Shown here in pieces: positions 61,133 to 64,000 of a stretch of DNA of 64,000 nucleotides. Each line of letters starts with the position of its first letter. Within the stretch, counting starts at the first letter, position 1. The position numbers and the translations under genes are program-made. Source of the stretch: a bacterium (GTDB lineage: Bacteria > Patescibacteriota > Minisyncoccia > Minisyncoccales > RBG-13-42-11); the NCBI GenBank assembly GCA_043817685.1, contig JBDRGQ010000006.1, forward strand, positions 1,879-65,878, in the 5' to 3' direction. Below the pieces are notes generated by a model, which was given only the letters and a program-made list of their open reading frames with translations, had not been told where the DNA came from and searched no databases.

Positions 61133-62260
61133 ATGGATAGTTATTTAAAACCCCTTTTTGGGTTGAAGTCTTATTTCCATAAAAACAGGAAGAAAATCAG
61201 AGGATCCTTTAAAGATCCCTTTGTTTGTTTTGGGTCCATTGCAATATTAATGTTTATTTTGGTTTCTTTAATTTCCGGACCAATGTCAAATTCCCTGTAT
61301 AACAAAGGGGATTTTTCTTTAGCTTCTTTAGCTAAAGCAGTGGGAGAAGCAACGGACGAAGATTCTTTCGCTGGATTATTAAAAAGCTCTTGGCCCGATT
61401 CCCCGGAATTTTTGGTGCTAGAGGAGAATACCCTTAAAGCATCCACTCCTCCCAGCTCTTTCTCTCCTCAGGTTTTAGGAGCTTTGATTGAGGGGTATGA
61501 TTACGCAGACACTAAAAAGATAATTACAGAATACGCGATAGAATCAGGAGATAGCCTTTCTTCCATAGCGGCAAAATTCAATATTTCTTTAAACACTCTT
61601 TTGTGGGCTAACGAATTAGATAGTAGATCTTTGATCCAGCCAGGACAAAAGATAGTCATTCTTCCCGTTACGGGAGTCTTGCATTATGTTAAGTCAGGAG
61701 ATACTGTGTCTGCAATAATAGAGAAATACAAAGCGAAAACAGAGGATGTAGTAATTTTTAATAATCTATCTAACGAAGGAGATATATATGCAGGAGATAT
61801 TTTAATAATTCCAAATGGGACAAAGCCAAAAAATACATACCAATATGCTCCTTCAAACGCTCCTTTGGCAGACAGTTACTTTATTTATCCCATAGCCGCT
61901 CCCTATACAATTACCCAAGGATTACATTTTTACAACGCTATTGATTTCAGCCATGGAAAATGCGGAGAAGTTATTTTTGCTGCCGCTGCCGGGGAGGTCT
62001 TAAAAGTAAAGATGACTAATTCTACTTCTAAATATGCTCTTAACGGATATGGAAATCACATGACTATAGAGCACCCGAATGGAGTGGTAACCTATTATGG
62101 ACACATTTCAGCAAGTTTAGTAAGTGTCGGAGATAGGGTCTCTCAAGGACAGCCCATTGCCTTAATGGGAGGAAAACCAGGAACCCCTGGGGCAGGAAGC
62201 TCTACAGGATGTCATTTGCATTTCGGAGTGTCCGGAGCCAGAAACCCTTTTGCTAGATAA
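61133..62260 (+). CDS. LysM-domain M23 family metallopeptidase (peptidoglycan hydrolase)
   Basis: N-terminal TM and two LysM repeats (YAIESGDSLSSIAAKFNISLNTLLWAN; HYVKSGDTVSAIIEKY). M23 motifs are HFYNAIDF, GNHMTIEH and GCHLHFGV. Confidence 0.88.
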   Translation: MDSYLKPLFGLKSYFHKNRKKIRGSFKDPFVCFGSIAILMFILVSLISGPMSNSLYNKGDFSLASLAKAVGEATDEDSFAGLLKSSWPDSPEFLVLEENTLKASTPPSSFSPQVLGALIEGYDYADTKKIITEYAIESGDSLSSIAAKFNISLNTLLWANELDSRSLIQPGQKIVILPVTGVLHYVKSGDTVSAIIEKYKAKTEDVVIFNNLSNEGDIYAGDILIIPNGTKPKNTYQYAPSNAPLADSYFIYPIAAPYTITQGLHFYNAIDFSHGKCGEVIFAAAAGEVLKVKMTNSTSKYALNGYGNHMTIEHPNGVVTYYGHISASLVSVGDRVSQGQPIALMGGKPGTPGAGSSTGCHLHFGVSGARNPFAR

Positions 62261-62276
62261 AAGCCTTTAACTAAAA

Positions 62277-62302
62277 ACCACTTGAGATTAAGTGGCTTTT
62301 TA
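62277..62302. terminator. weak bidirectional terminator hairpin
   Basis: CCACTT (62278-62283) / AAGTGG (62290-62295), flanked by an A-run and a T-run. Confidence 0.4.
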
Positions 62303-62314
62303 ATTGGTAAAAAA

Positions 62315-62686
62315 TTACTTATTTTCGCATTTCATACATAATTTCGCCGAAGGGAACACTTTAAGTCTTTCTTCCGGGACGTCTCCTTCACAGTTTTCAC
62401 ATTTCCCGTAGGTTCCTTTTTCTATTTTTTCTAGAGCCTGGTTTATATCCCTTAACTGGGTTTCTAGGCTGTATTCCACTCCCAGCATGTTTCCGTATTG
62501 TTCTACCTGGTCTGCTCCTTTTTCTAAAGCAGCTCCTCCCGTTTCTCCTTCCCAGTTAGGGAATTTGGTATCCCAGTCGTCTTTAAGGTTTTCATCCTTT
62601 GTGGCAAAACTTTTTAAATTGTTTTCTATTTCTTTTTTCTCTGTTTCTAATTTTATCTTTAATTCTTCTATAAGTTTCTTGTCCAT
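62315..62686 (-). CDS. TraR/DksA family C4-type zinc-finger protein
   Basis: Coiled-coil N-part and a C-terminal CENCEGDVPEERLKVFPSAKLCMKCE (CxxC-x17-CxxC). Confidence 0.8.
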   Translation of the reverse strand: MDKKLIEELKIKLETEKKEIENNLKSFATKDENLKDDWDTKFPNWEGETGGAALEKGADQVEQYGNMLGVEYSLETQLRDINQALEKIEKGTYGKCENCEGDVPEERLKVFPSAKLCMKCENK

Positions 62687-62702
62687 AGATTAAAATTAAT
62701 AA

Positions 62703-63989
62703 TTATTTTAATAAACTTATAAAGTCTTCTCTTTCAAAATTCCAAGGATCGTTTTTGCCGCTCAGAGAAACATCTTTATGCTCTAAGATGTTTTCAGTTG
62801 GTACATTGTATTCTTTTCTCAAATAAGAAACCAAATCGACCAATTTTTCCAATTGAATTTCGTTTGGAGTTTCTGTGTCAAAATATACCATTTCAATCCC
62901 TAAAGAGAAATTATTTATTATGTTTTTTCTGCTTCCGTCTGGCATTTCTCCTCTTCCGGCGTGATAAGCAATGGCATTATCTGGGGCCAATTGATATATA
63001 GTTCCGTTCTTATCAATTAAATAATGCGGAGTTACTTTATATAACTTAAATTCTTCAATAATTTTTTCAATACTATAAATATCTCCACCTAAAGCGTTGT
63101 AAGCTGAATGAAGAATAATAGTATCTATTATTCTGGGAGTTTGTGGTATATAAAACCCCCAAGTCACCATGTTTTCCAATATTTCTGGTTTGCTTATTGC
63201 TTTTGGTTCAATCGTTTCTTCTGTAACTTCTTCTGTGCTTTCTTCTATCGGTTCTGTTGTTTCTTGCGTTTCTTCTGTTTCTGTTGTTTCTTCCATCTCT
63301 GTTTGCTCTGCTGGAGTTGTTTCCGGTTTTTGATTTAGTTTAATATTTAAAAACCAATAAAAGAAAAAGATAGCAAGAATTAAAAATAAAACAGATATTA
63401 CTCTTATCGCTATTTTTTGGAAAGAAGAAGGTTTTTTTAACGGTTTCGGTATTAATTTACCAGTTTCTTCTTGCCCTTCTTTTTTTATTTCATGAATTGG
63501 AGGCGGCTGTGAAATTATTGTAGGTTTTGGAACATTTTGTTCTGTCTTTAAATTAGCAAGCTTTTCTCTTTCTTTTTCTGCCTCCCCTTCTCTTAATTTT
63601 GAAACATCTTTAGCCATTGTTCTAACTTCTATTCTAGAAAGAAGTTCTTTCTTTTCTTGTACAGGCATTTCCGGAGGTTGTGGCCTTTCTGGCTTAGGAA
63701 TCACTGGTTCTTGGGGTTGATTTTGAGGCTCTGATTTTATTTCAGGCTTTATCTCCGGTTCTGGCTCTGACTGTGGTTCAGTTTCTGGTTTAATATTTAA
63801 CCTTTGTTCAGGTCTGGGCCTTGGTTGTGGAGGAACGTTCAAAAGCTCCTCCTCCTCCTTTTTGGGCTCTTCTGCGGGCGATGAGAATGAGCCCTCATCT
63901 TTGTTTTCAGTAGGCGATGAATGTTCCGGACTCATCTTCTTCTTTGCTTCCTCTGGAAGCTCAGTTTTTGGTTTTTCATTTTCCTCCAT
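62703..63989 (-). CDS. N-acetylmuramoyl-L-alanine amidase (amidase_2/PGRP-like) with a long Pro/Glu-rich N-terminal region and one TM
   Basis: About 190 aa of low-complexity P/E/K sequence, a TM (IAIRVISVLFLILAIFFFYWFL), an acidic T/E linker, then IIDTIILHSAY...VTPHYLIDKNGTIYQL...AYHAG...SLGIEM, typical of amidase_2. Confidence 0.75.
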   Translation of the reverse strand: MEENEKPKTELPEEAKKKMSPEHSSPTENKDEGSFSSPAEEPKKEEEELLNVPPQPRPRPEQRLNIKPETEPQSEPEPEIKPEIKSEPQNQPQEPVIPKPERPQPPEMPVQEKKELLSRIEVRTMAKDVSKLREGEAEKEREKLANLKTEQNVPKPTIISQPPPIHEIKKEGQEETGKLIPKPLKKPSSFQKIAIRVISVLFLILAIFFFYWFLNIKLNQKPETTPAEQTEMEETTETEETQETTEPIEESTEEVTEETIEPKAISKPEILENMVTWGFYIPQTPRIIDTIILHSAYNALGGDIYSIEKIIEEFKLYKVTPHYLIDKNGTIYQLAPDNAIAYHAGRGEMPDGSRKNIINNFSLGIEMVYFDTETPNEIQLEKLVDLVSYLRKEYNVPTENILEHKDVSLSGKNDPWNFEREDFISLLK

Positions 63990-64000
63990 AATAGTTTTTA

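Noticed and set aside
1-64000. Looked for CRISPR arrays, transposases, integrases, prophage genes, rRNA operons, and signs of an alternative genetic code (UGA recoding).
   Set aside because: I saw no regularly spaced direct-repeat arrays, no recognisable transposase, integrase or phage structural ORFs, and no rRNA-like sequence. Long ORFs are intact under code 11, and TGA terminates smpB and the permease gene.

Overview
This is a low-GC, very gene-dense bacterial chromosome segment. Most genes lie on the minus strand, with many 1-10 nt gaps or small overlaps. The window spans the replication origin region: dnaN-dnaA | AT-rich DnaA-box region | rpmH-rnpA-yidD-yidC-jag. The standard code 11 appears to be in use, since long ORFs stay intact and TGA is used as a stop. 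The gene content looks like a Candidate Phyla Radiation / Patescibacteria (Parcubacteria-like) genome, but that placement is inference only. Supporting content includes GlyRS, IleRS, ArgRS and TyrRS, SmpB plus tmRNA, IF3-L35-L20, PolX, EndoQ, MGMT, Elp3, DUF763, PilB plus ComEA, and pilin-fusion surface proteins. RNA genes I can support are a tmRNA (11875-12217), tRNA-His(GTG) (21171-21246), and one unidentified RNA gene bounded by its own promoter and terminator (about 24687-24848, minus strand). I saw no rRNA, CRISPR array, transposase or integrase. The main finding is a roughly 12 kb type IV secretion-like block on the minus strand (49076-60231) directly beside the origin. It contains a split VirB4-like ATPase, PrgI/VirB3-like and VirB6-like proteins, and two VirB2-like pilin modules fused to cysteine-rich or repeat ectodomains. 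A small GC-rich gene on the opposite strand, with its own promoter, a tandem-repeat operator-like site and a terminator, sits inside this block. Peptidoglycan hydrolases and a TraR/DksA zinc-finger gene flank it. Other notable items are listed here. (1) A bacterial Elp3 is joined head-to-head (CATATG) to a Trm9-like methyltransferase. (2) A 126-nt element bounded by inverted repeats lies between pilB and comEA. (3) Several GC-rich mini-cassettes carry consensus sigma70-type signals. (4) greA has a long structured leader. (5) Three DnaA boxes sit at 11-bp phasing. All functional calls rest on my reading of the translated ORFs and recognised motifs. No database search was run.
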